Source: an uncultured Bacilli bacterium (lineage in GTDB: Bacteria; Bacillota_I; Bacilli_A; RF39; UBA660). Taken from it: a DNA stretch of 56,043 bases. Under the pieces are notes generated by a model that did no database searches, was not told the origin of the DNA, and was given only the letters and a program-made list of their open reading frames with translations. Within the stretch, counting starts at the first letter, position 1. Every line of letters begins with the position of its first letter. This document shows, piece after piece, positions 28,132-38,456 of the stretch. The translations under genes and the position numbers were made by a program. The stretch covers positions 1-56,043 of the forward strand of contig CANRPP010000005.1 of NCBI GenBank assembly GCA_947632545.1, read 5' to 3'.

Positions 28132-28986
28132 ATGAATCAAAACAAAATGCATTTAGTAAATAAAATATTTAATAATGAAACAATTAGAACAGTTTGGGAT
28201 AAGGAAGAAGAAAAATACTTTATAAGCATTGTAGATTTAGTTGGTGTTTTATCAGAAAGCGATAGGCCAAGAAAATATTGGAGTGATTTAAAAAGTAAGC
28301 TAAAACAAGAAGGAAATGAAGTGTCCGAAAAAATCGGACAGTTGAAATTAAAGTCACAAGATGGAAAATATCGTTTAACTGATGTTTGTGATATTGAGGA
28401 AATGTTTAGAATCATTGAATCAATTCCTAGTAAGAATGCAGAACCAATAAAGCAATGGCTTGCAAAATTAGGTAGAGAAAGAATAGATGAAACATTTGAT
28501 CCTTCACTAGCAGCACAAAGAGCGATAGACTTATATAGAACCAAAGGTTATGATGAAAAATGGATATTAAAACGTATTAAAAGTATTCAGAATAGAAAAC
28601 AGCTTACTGATATTTGGAAAGCTGGTGGAATAACAGAATCAAAAGAATATGCTATCCTAACGAATGAAATTTATAAAGAATGGTCTGGTATGACTGCAGG
28701 AGAGTATAAATCATTTAAAGGTCTTAGAAAAGAATCTTTAAGAGATAATATGACTGATGTCGAAGTTGCACTTGCAGATTTAGGAGAAATTGCAACTCGA
28801 GAAATAGCTAAAAGAAAAAATCCAAAAGGGTTAGATGAAAATATTGAAGTAGCAAGACGTGGTGGAAAGATTGCAGGTAACACAAGAAAAGATTTAGAAA
28901 ATGAATTAGGTAATAGTGTAGTTACTAGTAATAATGCCCTAACTTATGAATATGAAAAAGAAATTGAAGGTGAAATAAATGAATAA
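28132..28986 (+). CDS. BRO-N domain / phage antirepressor-like protein
   Basis: IRTVWD..EEKYFIS..D, RKYWSDLK, DGKYRLTD, SIPSKNAEP.KQWLA, SLRDNMT. Confidence 0.88.
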   Translation: MNQNKMHLVNKIFNNETIRTVWDKEEEKYFISIVDLVGVLSESDRPRKYWSDLKSKLKQEGNEVSEKIGQLKLKSQDGKYRLTDVCDIEEMFRIIESIPSKNAEPIKQWLAKLGRERIDETFDPSLAAQRAIDLYRTKGYDEKWILKRIKSIQNRKQLTDIWKAGGITESKEYAILTNEIYKEWSGMTAGEYKSFKGLRKESLRDNMTDVEVALADLGEIATREIAKRKNPKGLDENIEVARRGGKIAGNTRKDLENELGNSVVTSNNALTYEYEKEIEGEINE

Positions 28987-29854
28987 TAAATTTAATAATA
29001 TGATTAACGAATTTTTGGCAAATACTGATGCAAAAGATGAAAAAGAATTAAACGAAAAATTACAAGAATTCATAAAAAAATACAATATCGGTGAAATAAA
29101 ATATGAAAATACACCATTGGATGATGCATATGAACTATTAGAAAAGGCGGGAAAGGCTAAATCTAAAAAACAAGCAATAAATTATGCAAAAAAAGCATAT
29201 GATATATGCCCAGATTGCTTTGACGCAGTATTATTTCAGGTACATTTAGAAGACAATCCATTAAAAAGATGGAATCTTTTAGAAGAAGGATTAATGATAG
29301 AAAAAAATAGATTAGAAGCTAAAAGATATTTTGATAAAGATAATATAGGAAATTTCTATGAAATATTTGAAACTAGACCATATATTAAAGGATTATTTGC
29401 AAAAGCAGATTACTTAATTTTAGATGGTAAGATAAAACAAGCACGTGCTGTTTGTAAAGAAATTCTTAAACTAAATGAAAATGATAACACAGGTGCTAGG
29501 TATTTACTTATGGCAATATATGCATTTTTAGAAGAAGAAAATGATATACTTAAATTATATAAAAAATACCCAGAGGAAAATTTAGAAATGTTATTTCCAA
29601 TATTTATACTTTATTATAAAAAAGGAAATGATAAGAAAGCTAAAGAGTATTTAGATCAAATAAATAAAGCTAATCCAGATTTTATAAAATTTTTTAAAGG
29701 TACAATGAAAGAAAATAAAAATATACCAGGAGGATTTTATTCTATAGGAGATTCATCTGAAATAATAATGTATTTTAATCAATATGATTTTCTTATAAAG
29801 ACAATACCTACTATAGATTATTATATATTAGAAAATAGTAAAAAGAAAAAATAG
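28979..29854 (+). CDS. TPR-like alpha-helical protein
   Basis: ETRPYI and L.LNENDNTGARY motifs; overlaps the upstream stop. Confidence 0.75.
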   Translation: MNNKFNNMINEFLANTDAKDEKELNEKLQEFIKKYNIGEIKYENTPLDDAYELLEKAGKAKSKKQAINYAKKAYDICPDCFDAVLFQVHLEDNPLKRWNLLEEGLMIEKNRLEAKRYFDKDNIGNFYEIFETRPYIKGLFAKADYLILDGKIKQARAVCKEILKLNENDNTGARYLLMAIYAFLEEENDILKLYKKYPEENLEMLFPIFILYYKKGNDKKAKEYLDQINKANPDFIKFFKGTMKENKNIPGGFYSIGDSSEIIMYFNQYDFLIKTIPTIDYYILENSKKKK

Positions 29855-29944
29855 TTTACTCTGACTATCTTTCTGTTAAAAAGTTGCTAAAAGGTTTATA
29901 ATTTTTTAATTACATAGTATAATATATATGTTAGGATGTGTATT

Positions 29945-31606
29945 ATGAGAAAAAAAAGAGTAAATAAAAATAAAGATATTATGAAGAAAAATAACTTTGT
30001 TCAAGGTGCCTTTATTGCAACCCTTGGTATCGTTATAACTAAAATATTAGGTATTTTATATGTAATTCCTTTTTATGCCATAATTGGAGAAAAAGGTGGT
30101 GCTCTTTATGGATATGCCTATACTTTATATTTAGTATTTATGGCCATATCATCAGCTGGTATTCCACTAGCTATAAGTAAAATAATTAGTGAGTATCAAA
30201 CTCTAGGATACTATGATGCTAAACAAAGAGCCTTTAAAATAGGTAGACAAATTGCCATAACTTTAGGTTTAATATGTTTTGTAATATTATTTGTTTTTGC
30301 ACCACAACTTGCTCATGCTATACTTGGTAATTTAAAAGGTGGAAATACTATAGAAGATGTAACTTATGTTATAAGATTAATATCAACTGCAATTATAGTA
30401 GTTCCAGTACTTAGTATCTATAGAGGTTATTTTGAAGGACATAAATTTATAACCCCAACAGCTATATCACAAGTATTAGAACAAGTAATGAGAGTATTAG
30501 TTATAGTTATCGGAAGTTATATGACTTTAAAAATATTCCATTTATCTTTAACTACAGCAGTAGGAGTAGCAGTATTTGGAGCTACAGTAGGTTCTATTGC
30601 ATCATACTTATATTTAATAGAAAAAAGACATAAGAATAAAAAGAAATTTGAAGAAAAAGAACTGGATGTAAAAGAGCCAAAAATTACTAATAAAGAAATA
30701 CTTAAAAAGATAATGATTTATGCCTTTCCACTTATAATGATTGATATTTTTAAATCTTTATATAGTATGGTAGATTCAGTTACAGTAGTTAAAACATTAG
30801 GTGCTATATATGGAACTAACACTGCTGAAAGTATAATGAGTATTTTATCTACATGGGGAGCTAAATTTAATATGATTATAATATCAATTGCAACAGGTAT
30901 GATAGTTAGCCTAACTCCAAACTTAACTTCATCTGCAGTAGTTGGAAATACAAAAGATGTACATAAAAAGATTAATCAAAGTTTTCAAATGTTATCCTTT
31001 TTAATAATACCAATGACTGTAGGATTAAGCTTTTTAGCAAAACCTGTGTATACAGTTTTCTATGGTGCTAGTAAATATGGTCCATCTGTATTAAGCTTCT
31101 TTATATTTGTAGCCTTAATAACAGCATTATTTACAACAGCAATTACAATAACCCAAGTATTGAGATATTATAAAGTAGTATTTATATCACTTGCATCAGG
31201 ATTACTTTTAAAAGCATTAGTAAATGTTAGTTTAATAAATCAATTAAATAGTTTAGGACTACCGGCTTATTATGGTTCTATTCTAGCGTCAATTCTAGGT
31301 TATGGTCTATCATTAATTATATGTTTAATTGCTCTAAACAGAAAATGTGGAGTTAATTATGAAGAAACTGCAAAGCAATTAATAAATACATTATGTGGAA
31401 CAGTCTTAATGGTAATTTCATTATTAATTGTAAAATTAGTAATACCAATATCATCCACATCTAGATTTATGAATTTACCAATTATTATAATTTATACTTT
31501 AATAGGTGGAGCAGTATATTTATTCTATATGTATAAAACTAAATCAATAGAGCAGGTGTTTGGAAATAAAATTTTAGATAAATTTAAATTAAAAAAGAAA
31601 AGGTGA
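29945..31606 (+). CDS. MOP-superfamily flippase (YtgP/MurJ-like)
   Basis: KILGILYVIPF, SSAGIPLAISK, RGYFEG, SQVLEQ; many TM helices; start could be 29936, 29945 or 29981. Confidence 0.92.
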   Translation: MRKKRVNKNKDIMKKNNFVQGAFIATLGIVITKILGILYVIPFYAIIGEKGGALYGYAYTLYLVFMAISSAGIPLAISKIISEYQTLGYYDAKQRAFKIGRQIAITLGLICFVILFVFAPQLAHAILGNLKGGNTIEDVTYVIRLISTAIIVVPVLSIYRGYFEGHKFITPTAISQVLEQVMRVLVIVIGSYMTLKIFHLSLTTAVGVAVFGATVGSIASYLYLIEKRHKNKKKFEEKELDVKEPKITNKEILKKIMIYAFPLIMIDIFKSLYSMVDSVTVVKTLGAIYGTNTAESIMSILSTWGAKFNMIIISIATGMIVSLTPNLTSSAVVGNTKDVHKKINQSFQMLSFLIIPMTVGLSFLAKPVYTVFYGASKYGPSVLSFFIFVALITALFTTAITITQVLRYYKVVFISLASGLLLKALVNVSLINQLNSLGLPAYYGSILASILGYGLSLIICLIALNRKCGVNYEETAKQLINTLCGTVLMVISLLIVKLVIPISSTSRFMNLPIIIIYTLIGGAVYLFYMYKTKSIEQVFGNKILDKFKLKKKR

Positions 31607-31704
31607 AAATAATTCACTTTTTTTGTATATTAATGTAAAAATTTAAAATATCTTTATACATCAATTATTTAATATGTTAAAATTAAATTAATAAGGAGAA
31701 TTTT

Positions 31705-32202
31705 ATGGAACAAGAAATAATAGAAAAAATTTTTATAGATTATGGTGATAGTTTAACTAATATAAAGGGTAACTTGCATAATTTAGGAAAAAATAATGAA
31801 ACCCCTGATTTGGCCGAATATATGTTAAATGAAATAACAAAAATAGAAAAAATAGTTAGTGAAGCTAGATATGGTATTATTACTACAAATAGAGAAGATA
31901 TCTATAATGAAAATATTTATAATATGATTAATGATGCTAACAAAAAACTATATACAACTATTGGAGATTTATATGATGAAACCAAAAAAGGCATTAGTGA
32001 AAAATATGATGAACCATTATACAATATGTGTTCAATTGCAATGAGTATCAATAATTTTGAATCATCTTATTTAGATGGTATAAGTACTATTCCAATATCA
32101 CAAAAAGGTATATTAAAAATAGGAATTGAAGAAAAAAATAGGGATATTAATAATTTAAGAAAAGAATTACTTAATAGAAGGGATAAAAATCCAAAAAAAT
32201 AA
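31705..32202 (+). CDS. Hypothetical protein (orphan)
   Basis: RBS AAGGAG; extended -10 TGtTAAAAT 31675-31683. Confidence 0.7.
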   Translation: MEQEIIEKIFIDYGDSLTNIKGNLHNLGKNNETPDLAEYMLNEITKIEKIVSEARYGIITTNREDIYNENIYNMINDANKKLYTTIGDLYDETKKGISEKYDEPLYNMCSIAMSINNFESSYLDGISTIPISQKGILKIGIEEKNRDINNLRKELLNRRDKNPKK

Positions 32203-32222
32203 CTTATAATTAAGTTATTTTT

Positions 32223-33353
32223 TTAATTTAGATCATTTATTGTTATATTTTTTCTTTTACAATATTTATAATATTGTTTATAAATAAAAGTATTAAATAT
32301 TAAATCAAATTCTCCTAATAATTTAACAATATTACCATTAAAGCCTTTATATAATTGATATAGTTCATTTTCATTATTTAAATAACTATTTATAGCATTA
32401 AAATTATATAGTTCATAATTATTATCAATTGCCCATTTAATTACTTCATAGTACATATTGTATTGCATTAACATATCTTTAAATCTATCTTGAATAATAC
32501 TACATATAGTTGTTACTTCTTTACCATAACAAATAGATACAATACAACCTACTATAACTTTATGTGCAAATTCATATTCAAGTTGTTTAGCCTCTTCAAA
32601 TTCTGCTTTAGTTTGAGCACTTTTCATATATTTATCAATATCTATTTCTAATAATTTAATATTAAGTAGTTTATCTTCATTAAATATTTCAAAAAACTCA
32701 CTAATATTTTTTTTAATAAAATTAACTTTATTAGAACTATTATTAATTATTTCTATAATAGTATCAAATTCACTACTATCTATATCTCTTGTATAAATAG
32801 CTTTTTTTTCATTAGTAAGAATAGTATCTTTAGTTGCATTATCCATATTATTTAAAATATCTTCAGCACTTTTATTTTTTATATCTAATTTATAAAATGT
32901 ATTTGAATCTACATAATTATCCATCTCAATATAATTTAGACTTCTCAATATATCAATACATTTTCGATTATCATATCCTCCTTGAATATAATTTCCAGAA
33001 TTATCAAGTTCTTGTATTGAAAGGTATGGTTTTATTTTAAGAAAAAGAGCTTTCTTTTCTTTTAAATACTCTTTTATATTTTTAGTAAAACTTCTTAAAA
33101 GCTCTAAATCTTTATAATTAATAATAATACCATATGGAGCATAAAAAGCACGCTTTTTAATAATTGGTATTTCTTTAGAAAGTAATAATGCAGCAGCTTT
33201 TATTTTTCCATTTTGATCTAACCCTACAAAGTAAGTGTGCCAACCATCAAGTCTTTTATATTCAGCCCACTGCCTAGATTGATGAAAGTTATTAGTAGAT
33301 TGTTTACTACAAAAGTCAAAAAATTCTTTTTTATTTATTTCTTTTAACCTCAT
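32223..33353 (-). CDS. FemABX/MurM-family protein, divergent
   Basis: FHQSRQWA, FYAPYG, FLKIKP, LLGEFD; C-terminal catalytic motif altered. Confidence 0.85.
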   Translation of the reverse strand: MRLKEINKKEFFDFCSKQSTNNFHQSRQWAEYKRLDGWHTYFVGLDQNGKIKAAALLLSKEIPIIKKRAFYAPYGIIINYKDLELLRSFTKNIKEYLKEKKALFLKIKPYLSIQELDNSGNYIQGGYDNRKCIDILRSLNYIEMDNYVDSNTFYKLDIKNKSAEDILNNMDNATKDTILTNEKKAIYTRDIDSSEFDTIIEIINNSSNKVNFIKKNISEFFEIFNEDKLLNIKLLEIDIDKYMKSAQTKAEFEEAKQLEYEFAHKVIVGCIVSICYGKEVTTICSIIQDRFKDMLMQYNMYYEVIKWAIDNNYELYNFNAINSYLNNENELYQLYKGFNGNIVKLLGEFDLIFNTFIYKQYYKYCKRKNITINDLN

Positions 33354-34644
33354 TATTAACCTCCATTTTACTCCTTTTTCTAATTATTTTTCTATATAAT
33401 GGTACTAATTTTGTAAATACAAAATACATTATTGGATTTATAACATAATCAAATTCTCCAATAAATTCAACATAGTCTCCACCAAACTTTTTCTTAAATT
33501 CATGAAGACCAAGTCTTGGATTATCAGGACTTAAATCCCCAATAGTACCAAATTGATCATATATTTTTATATTATTTTCCTTACAATATTTAATATGTTC
33601 AAAATATGTTAAGTAATTAGCATAACTTTCAGTTAATATATTATGGTTACCAGCATATAATACCCAGGCTTTATCATTATATTTAATTATCATATGAGCA
33701 CTTAATGTAATAATATCTCCATATTCCTTATTATAGTTTTTATATTTTTCTATTTCTTTTTCTAATTTTTCTTTTTGACTATTAAGATTTTTTAATTTGT
33801 TTTTAGCATTTTTACCTGTATTATTAGGATCAATTTTTGAAATATCCTCACCAATAGATGAAATTTCCTGATTTAAATTATCTATAACTTTTTTAGTATT
33901 AACCTTACCTAAAAATAAAACAGCCATATCTTCTTTACTAAGCATTTTATACTGCTCTAGATAATAATCTTTAGAGTATGATACAAAGTCTTTTCTATTT
34001 TCTGTAAGAGTCATTAAATGATAAAATTCATCTATATCTTTAATACTTCCAATACACGTTTCACATCCTAAACGGATGGCTTTATTAATTCGTTGTTTAG
34101 TAGTTTTAGAAAAATGACTTTCGATGTCATCTAGGCTTTGTTCCATATTAATTCTAAATGTATATCTAGGTTGCATTGTTTCAAAATTCTTTGTAAAACC
34201 TAAATGTTTAAAACCACAAGATTTTATATTATTAAATACATCTTCATAATTATAAGATAATTTATTTTCTTCTCCTAAATAGTTATAACTTTTAATTATG
34301 ATATCAGGATCAATTTTTAAAAATAACGCTTTTTTATTTATAGTTTTAATATATGAAATAATTTTATCAGTCATTTCTTTTAATAATTCCTTATTAAAAA
34401 AATCCATTACAAATCCACGAGGAGCATAAAAATAACTATATCCTAAAGGTAACTTTTTTTCCAATAATAAAGTTGCTGCAACTATTTTGTTTTTATTTTT
34501 TAAACCTAAATAGTATGGAGTTAACTTCTTTTTCTTTTTAGAAAATTCTCCCCATATATATGACTGTAAAAAGTGTGATTTATATTTATTAGTTTTAACA
34601 AATTTTTCATATTCTTGAATCTCAAGTTCTACAATATCTGACAT
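33331..34644 (-). CDS. FemABX/MurM-family peptidoglycan bridge aminoacyltransferase
   Basis: HFLQS..WG, YAPRGFV, LKIDP, QPRYT, coiled coil, LYAG, YDQFG, GLHEFKKKFGG, GEFD. Confidence 0.93.
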   Translation of the reverse strand: MSDIVELEIQEYEKFVKTNKYKSHFLQSYIWGEFSKKKKKLTPYYLGLKNKNKIVAATLLLEKKLPLGYSYFYAPRGFVMDFFNKELLKEMTDKIISYIKTINKKALFLKIDPDIIIKSYNYLGEENKLSYNYEDVFNNIKSCGFKHLGFTKNFETMQPRYTFRINMEQSLDDIESHFSKTTKQRINKAIRLGCETCIGSIKDIDEFYHLMTLTENRKDFVSYSKDYYLEQYKMLSKEDMAVLFLGKVNTKKVIDNLNQEISSIGEDISKIDPNNTGKNAKNKLKNLNSQKEKLEKEIEKYKNYNKEYGDIITLSAHMIIKYNDKAWVLYAGNHNILTESYANYLTYFEHIKYCKENNIKIYDQFGTIGDLSPDNPRLGLHEFKKKFGGDYVEFIGEFDYVINPIMYFVFTKLVPLYRKIIRKRSKMEVNNEVKRNK

Positions 34645-34716
34645 AATAACACACCTTTCCATTATACTATATAATTATTATACCACAAAAATATAAAAAG
34701 AACACAAATTTGTGCT

Positions 34717-34929
34717 CTACATCATATACATACCATCATCATCTTTAATATTTTCATTTTGGGTAGTTGTAACATATGGAGTTTTATTTCGTTCAAGTAC
34801 AGAAACTCTATGTTCTAATCTTTTAACTTCACGTTCTAATTTTTTAACATTTTGTTCAATATCCATATATTTATTTGAAAACATAAGATTAGGATCTGGT
34901 ATAAATGGATAAGACATATTAGTATACAT
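34717..34929 (-). CDS. 70-aa coiled-coil protein, probably mother-cell/spore-coat associated
   Basis: RBS AAAGGAG before ATG 34929; LEREVKRLEHRVSVLE heptads; sigK-like promoter upstream. Confidence 0.7.
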   Translation of the reverse strand: MYTNMSYPFIPDPNLMFSNKYMDIEQNVKKLEREVKRLEHRVSVLERNKTPYVTTTQNENIKDDDGMYMM

Positions 34930-34949
34930 AATTATCTCCTTTATCGCTT

Positions 34950-34977
34950 TATTATATGCAAATAACATAGTTATGTG
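34950..34977 (-). promoter_or_regulatory. sigma-K-like promoter
   Basis: cAC-N16-CATATAATA on the minus strand. Confidence 0.6.
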
Positions 34978-35015
34978 ATAAAATATAAGTGTTAATAAGA
35001 AATGGGTGATTATTT

Positions 35016-35648
35016 TTGAGAATACGTAATGTGAAAAATAAAGAAGAAATCTTAAATAACTCAAAATTTTTAATAAAAGATTATAAATCTAATATTGGTA
35101 AATGGAATAAATTATTTAAAAATAATAATCCTATATATATAGAAATAGGTATGGGTAAAGGTAAATTTATAATAGAAAATGCTAAAAAATATCCTAATAT
35201 TAATTTTATTGGAATAGATAGATTTGATTCTATAGTAGCTAAAGCATTAAAAAAAATAGATGAGGATATTAAAAATCTATTAGTAATTAGAATGAATGCT
35301 TTAGAAATAGATGAAGTATTTAAAAATGAAATAGATAGAATATATTTAAACTTTTCAGATCCATGGCCCAAAGTTAGACATCATAATAGAAGATTAACTA
35401 GTGAAATTTTTTTAAAGAAGTATGATAAAATCTTTAAAAATAAAAATGAAATATACTTACGAACAGATAATACAGATTTATATGCATACTCAGTAGAAAC
35501 ATTAAGTAAGCACAAATATATATTAAATGATGTTACATTTGATCTTCATAAAACAGAAGAAAACTTAATAACAACAGAATATGAAGATAAGTTTTCGAAA
35601 CAAAATATACCTATATATTCATTAAAAGCAATAAAAGAAGATGTCTAA
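35016..35648 (+). CDS. trmB: tRNA (guanine-N7)-methyltransferase
   Basis: EIGMGKG, LNFSDPWPK.RH..RRLT, TEYE.KF; TTG start. Confidence 0.96.
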   Translation: MRIRNVKNKEEILNNSKFLIKDYKSNIGKWNKLFKNNNPIYIEIGMGKGKFIIENAKKYPNINFIGIDRFDSIVAKALKKIDEDIKNLLVIRMNALEIDEVFKNEIDRIYLNFSDPWPKVRHHNRRLTSEIFLKKYDKIFKNKNEIYLRTDNTDLYAYSVETLSKHKYILNDVTFDLHKTEENLITTEYEDKFSKQNIPIYSLKAIKEDV

Positions 35649-35723
35649 AATAGTAAATAATTTATTAAAATATTTTTATTTTATAAAATGTTTGATATAA
35701 TATAAGATAAGAGTAGGTGAAAT

Positions 35724-36380
35724 ATGAAAAAAATAATTGTTTTACTCTCTTTATTATCATTATTTTTAATAACAGGATGTACTAATATAAACACATTAAG
35801 TATAGATAGGATAATAGAAACAGTAATTAAAAAAGATAGTAAATTAAAAAATGTAAATTTTGAAGGTTATAGTTATTATGTACCTAGAGGTTTAAAATTT
35901 ATAAATAAAAATGAATATAATGCTTATTTAAGTGATCAATATAATAATAATTATTATATTTATGTTGATGTAGTAAGTAAATATAATAAAATAAAACATA
36001 AATATAAGATTAATAAAAAAGCATTTTATTCTAAAGAAATAAAGTATAAAGATAAGTTTGGGTATTTAGAAATAAATGAACATAATGATAGCTACTTTGT
36101 AGAAGCTATGTATAATTACATGAAAATAGAAGCATATGTTTCAAAAAATAATTTAAATAATACCTTATCTGATATAAGTTTAATACTATCATCAGTTAAT
36201 TATAATGATAAAGTTCTAGATACAATAGTAGGAGAAAATATCTTAAATTATAAAGAAGAAAATTATAATATATTTGATACAAATAAAGATAAAAGTGATT
36301 TCTTGGATTATGTAAAAGAATATGATTCAGAAGAAACTACTAAAGATGAAGATAGTATAGAAATAGAAGAGGAAGAATAG
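35724..36380 (+). CDS. Hypothetical lipoprotein
   Basis: Lipobox LITGC; RBS AGGTGA; acidic tail. Confidence 0.8.
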   Translation: MKKIIVLLSLLSLFLITGCTNINTLSIDRIIETVIKKDSKLKNVNFEGYSYYVPRGLKFINKNEYNAYLSDQYNNNYYIYVDVVSKYNKIKHKYKINKKAFYSKEIKYKDKFGYLEINEHNDSYFVEAMYNYMKIEAYVSKNNLNNTLSDISLILSSVNYNDKVLDTIVGENILNYKEENYNIFDTNKDKSDFLDYVKEYDSEETTKDEDSIEIEEEE

Positions 36381-36389
36381 AGGTGGCTT

Positions 36390-37460
36390 ATGAAATTATT
36401 AGATAAACTAAAAAATGCTCTTTTTGAAGAAGAATATGTTGAAGTAGAAGAAAAACCAAAAAGAAAAGAAATTATAAGAGAAAAGAAAGTAAAAGAGCCA
36501 AAAAGAAAAGAAAAATTAGTTAAGGAATCTAAAAAAGAAGAAGAACAGCCTATTGCAAAAAAAATAATTCAACATGATAAAAAAGAAAAAGAAATAGAAG
36601 AGGAAGAAGTAGAATTAACAGAGGATGAACATATAGGAGAATCATTAGCCTATAATCCTGAAACAGAAAATGAATTTAAGTTCCCAATGGTTAGTGATAC
36701 TGAATTTACATCAGATTCTTATTATAAAGAACCACCTATGGAAGAAAAAAAGACCCAAAAAAGTGAAATACCACTTTATAAGGAAAATTCAAAACATGAA
36801 AATAAACCATATGGATTAGATGAATTTGATTTAGTAGACCATGATTATGGAGCATATAGTAAAAAAGAAGAAAAATCATACTTTAAACCATCACCTATTA
36901 TATCTCCAATATATGGTATTTTAGATAAAAATTATACAAAAGAAGATATAGTACCTAAAAAAGAAATAAGATTAACTAGTACCTATGCAAGAGAAAAAAT
37001 CGATGTAGATGATGTTAGAAAGAAAGCATTTGGTTCTCTAGAAGACGATATAGAAAATGAAATAGAAAATATTGATGATTATGAAGAAGATAATCAACTA
37101 CTTGATTTAAGTTCAGATAGTAAAACTCCAGAAGTAAAAAGAGTTACTATGGGTGATGCAGAAGAATATTTTGAAGATTTAGGGTTAGAATATAATGTAG
37201 ATTATAAAGATACTTCAAAAGAAAGAGCAAGTGGTAGAAGAATAAAAGAAAATTATGAACAAGATACAGAAGAAAGTATGGATTTAGAAGAAACTGAAGA
37301 AGATAATGAAGTAACAGAAAAAGACCTTACACAAAAAGAAGTAAAAATAGTAGATAATAGTGATATTGATGCAGATGATATAAATGATACAAATGATAAC
37401 GATGATGATAATGATGATAATTTATTTGATTTAATTGATTCAATGTATGATAAAGATTAG
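36390..37460 (+). CDS. Acidic low-complexity protein with SftA-like N-terminal motifs and no FtsK motor
   Basis: Amphipathic MKLLDKLKNALFEEE; FKPSPIISPIYG; C-terminal NLFDLIDSMY; no Walker A. Confidence 0.6.
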   Translation: MKLLDKLKNALFEEEYVEVEEKPKRKEIIREKKVKEPKRKEKLVKESKKEEEQPIAKKIIQHDKKEKEIEEEEVELTEDEHIGESLAYNPETENEFKFPMVSDTEFTSDSYYKEPPMEEKKTQKSEIPLYKENSKHENKPYGLDEFDLVDHDYGAYSKKEEKSYFKPSPIISPIYGILDKNYTKEDIVPKKEIRLTSTYAREKIDVDDVRKKAFGSLEDDIENEIENIDDYEEDNQLLDLSSDSKTPEVKRVTMGDAEEYFEDLGLEYNVDYKDTSKERASGRRIKENYEQDTEESMDLEETEEDNEVTEKDLTQKEVKIVDNSDIDADDINDTNDNDDDNDDNLFDLIDSMYDKD

Positions 37461-37473
37461 AAGGTGAATTACA

Positions 37474-37758
37474 ATGGAAGATATTAGTATAGTATTACAA
37501 GTAGTAACATATATATTTACTATAGCACTATTAATTATAGGAATAATAATAGGTATAAAGGTTATTGGTTTATCTGATAAAGTAGATAAGCTTTTAGATG
37601 ATTTACAAGATAAGGCTACTACATTAAATGGAGCATTTAATGTTGTTAATAAATTTTCAACAGGAATGGATTTAGTTAGCAGTAAAATTATAAATACCAT
37701 TACTAGTTTAATTAGTAAAATTATAAAAAAGAAAGAAGATGAGGATGAAAATGAGTAA
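37474..37758 (+). CDS. DUF948 (YtxG/YoxC/FacZ-like) membrane protein
   Basis: N-terminal TM plus helical region; immediately upstream of a YtxH-like gene. Confidence 0.65.
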   Translation: MEDISIVLQVVTYIFTIALLIIGIIIGIKVIGLSDKVDKLLDDLQDKATTLNGAFNVVNKFSTGMDLVSSKIINTITSLISKIIKKKEDEDENE

Positions 37759-38158
37759 AAAAGGAACAGGAAAATTTATTTTAGGTGCAGCTGTTGGAGC
37801 AGGATTAGGTCTTTTATTTGCACCAAAAAAAGGTAAAGAATTAAGAGGAGATTTAAAAGTAAAAATTGATGAAGTTATTGAAAATATTAAATCTTTAGAT
37901 AAAGAAGAAGTAAAAAAAGAATTTGATGCAAAAATTAAAGAAATAAAAAAAGATTTAAAAGATCTTGATAAAGAAAAAGTTTTAAAAATTGCAAAACAAA
38001 AAGGTGCTGATATTAAGAAAAAAACAGATGAATTAGTAGACCTTGCAGTTGAAAAGGGAACTCCTGTTTTAAAAAAAGCTGCAGAAGGATTAAGAGATAA
38101 AGCAGTTGATGTAACAAAAGACGTAGTAAAAAAATTAGAATCAATAGAAATTAAGTAA
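37751..38158 (+). CDS. YtxH-domain protein
   Basis: FILGAAVGAGLGLLFAPKKGKELR. Confidence 0.92.
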   Translation: MSKKGTGKFILGAAVGAGLGLLFAPKKGKELRGDLKVKIDEVIENIKSLDKEEVKKEFDAKIKEIKKDLKDLDKEKVLKIAKQKGADIKKKTDELVDLAVEKGTPVLKKAAEGLRDKAVDVTKDVVKKLESIEIK

Positions 38159-38244
38159 TTGTACAAGCATATTTATGATATGCTTGTATTTTTAATAAAA
38201 ATATATTTTAATTTAGAAAAAAATATGTTATATTATAAATATAA

Positions 38245-38442
38245 TTTTCAATGATTAATTATAAGTAGTATTATTAGATACTTTAAGAGACTTAGCGGTT
38301 GGTGCAAGCTAAGATATTTACTAATATGAAATACAAATTATGAGAAAAATCGTTTATCGCGTTAAGATATTAAGAGCATAGAAATATGAATTAAGGTGGT
38401 ACCGCGAACTATTCGTCCTTATATGGATGGGTAGTTTTTTTT
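38245..38442 (+). promoter_or_regulatory. T-box riboswitch (Tyr)
   Basis: AGAGA and GGTG stem-I motifs; specifier TAC 38332-38334; AAGGTGGTACCGCG; terminator and T run; tyrS downstream. Confidence 0.93.
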
Positions 38443-38456
38443 AAGGAGGAAAGAAA

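Noticed and set aside
37260-37430. GAT/AAT/GAA-rich quasi-repeats
   Set aside because: Encode an Asp/Glu/Asn-rich protein segment; no regular repeat unit.
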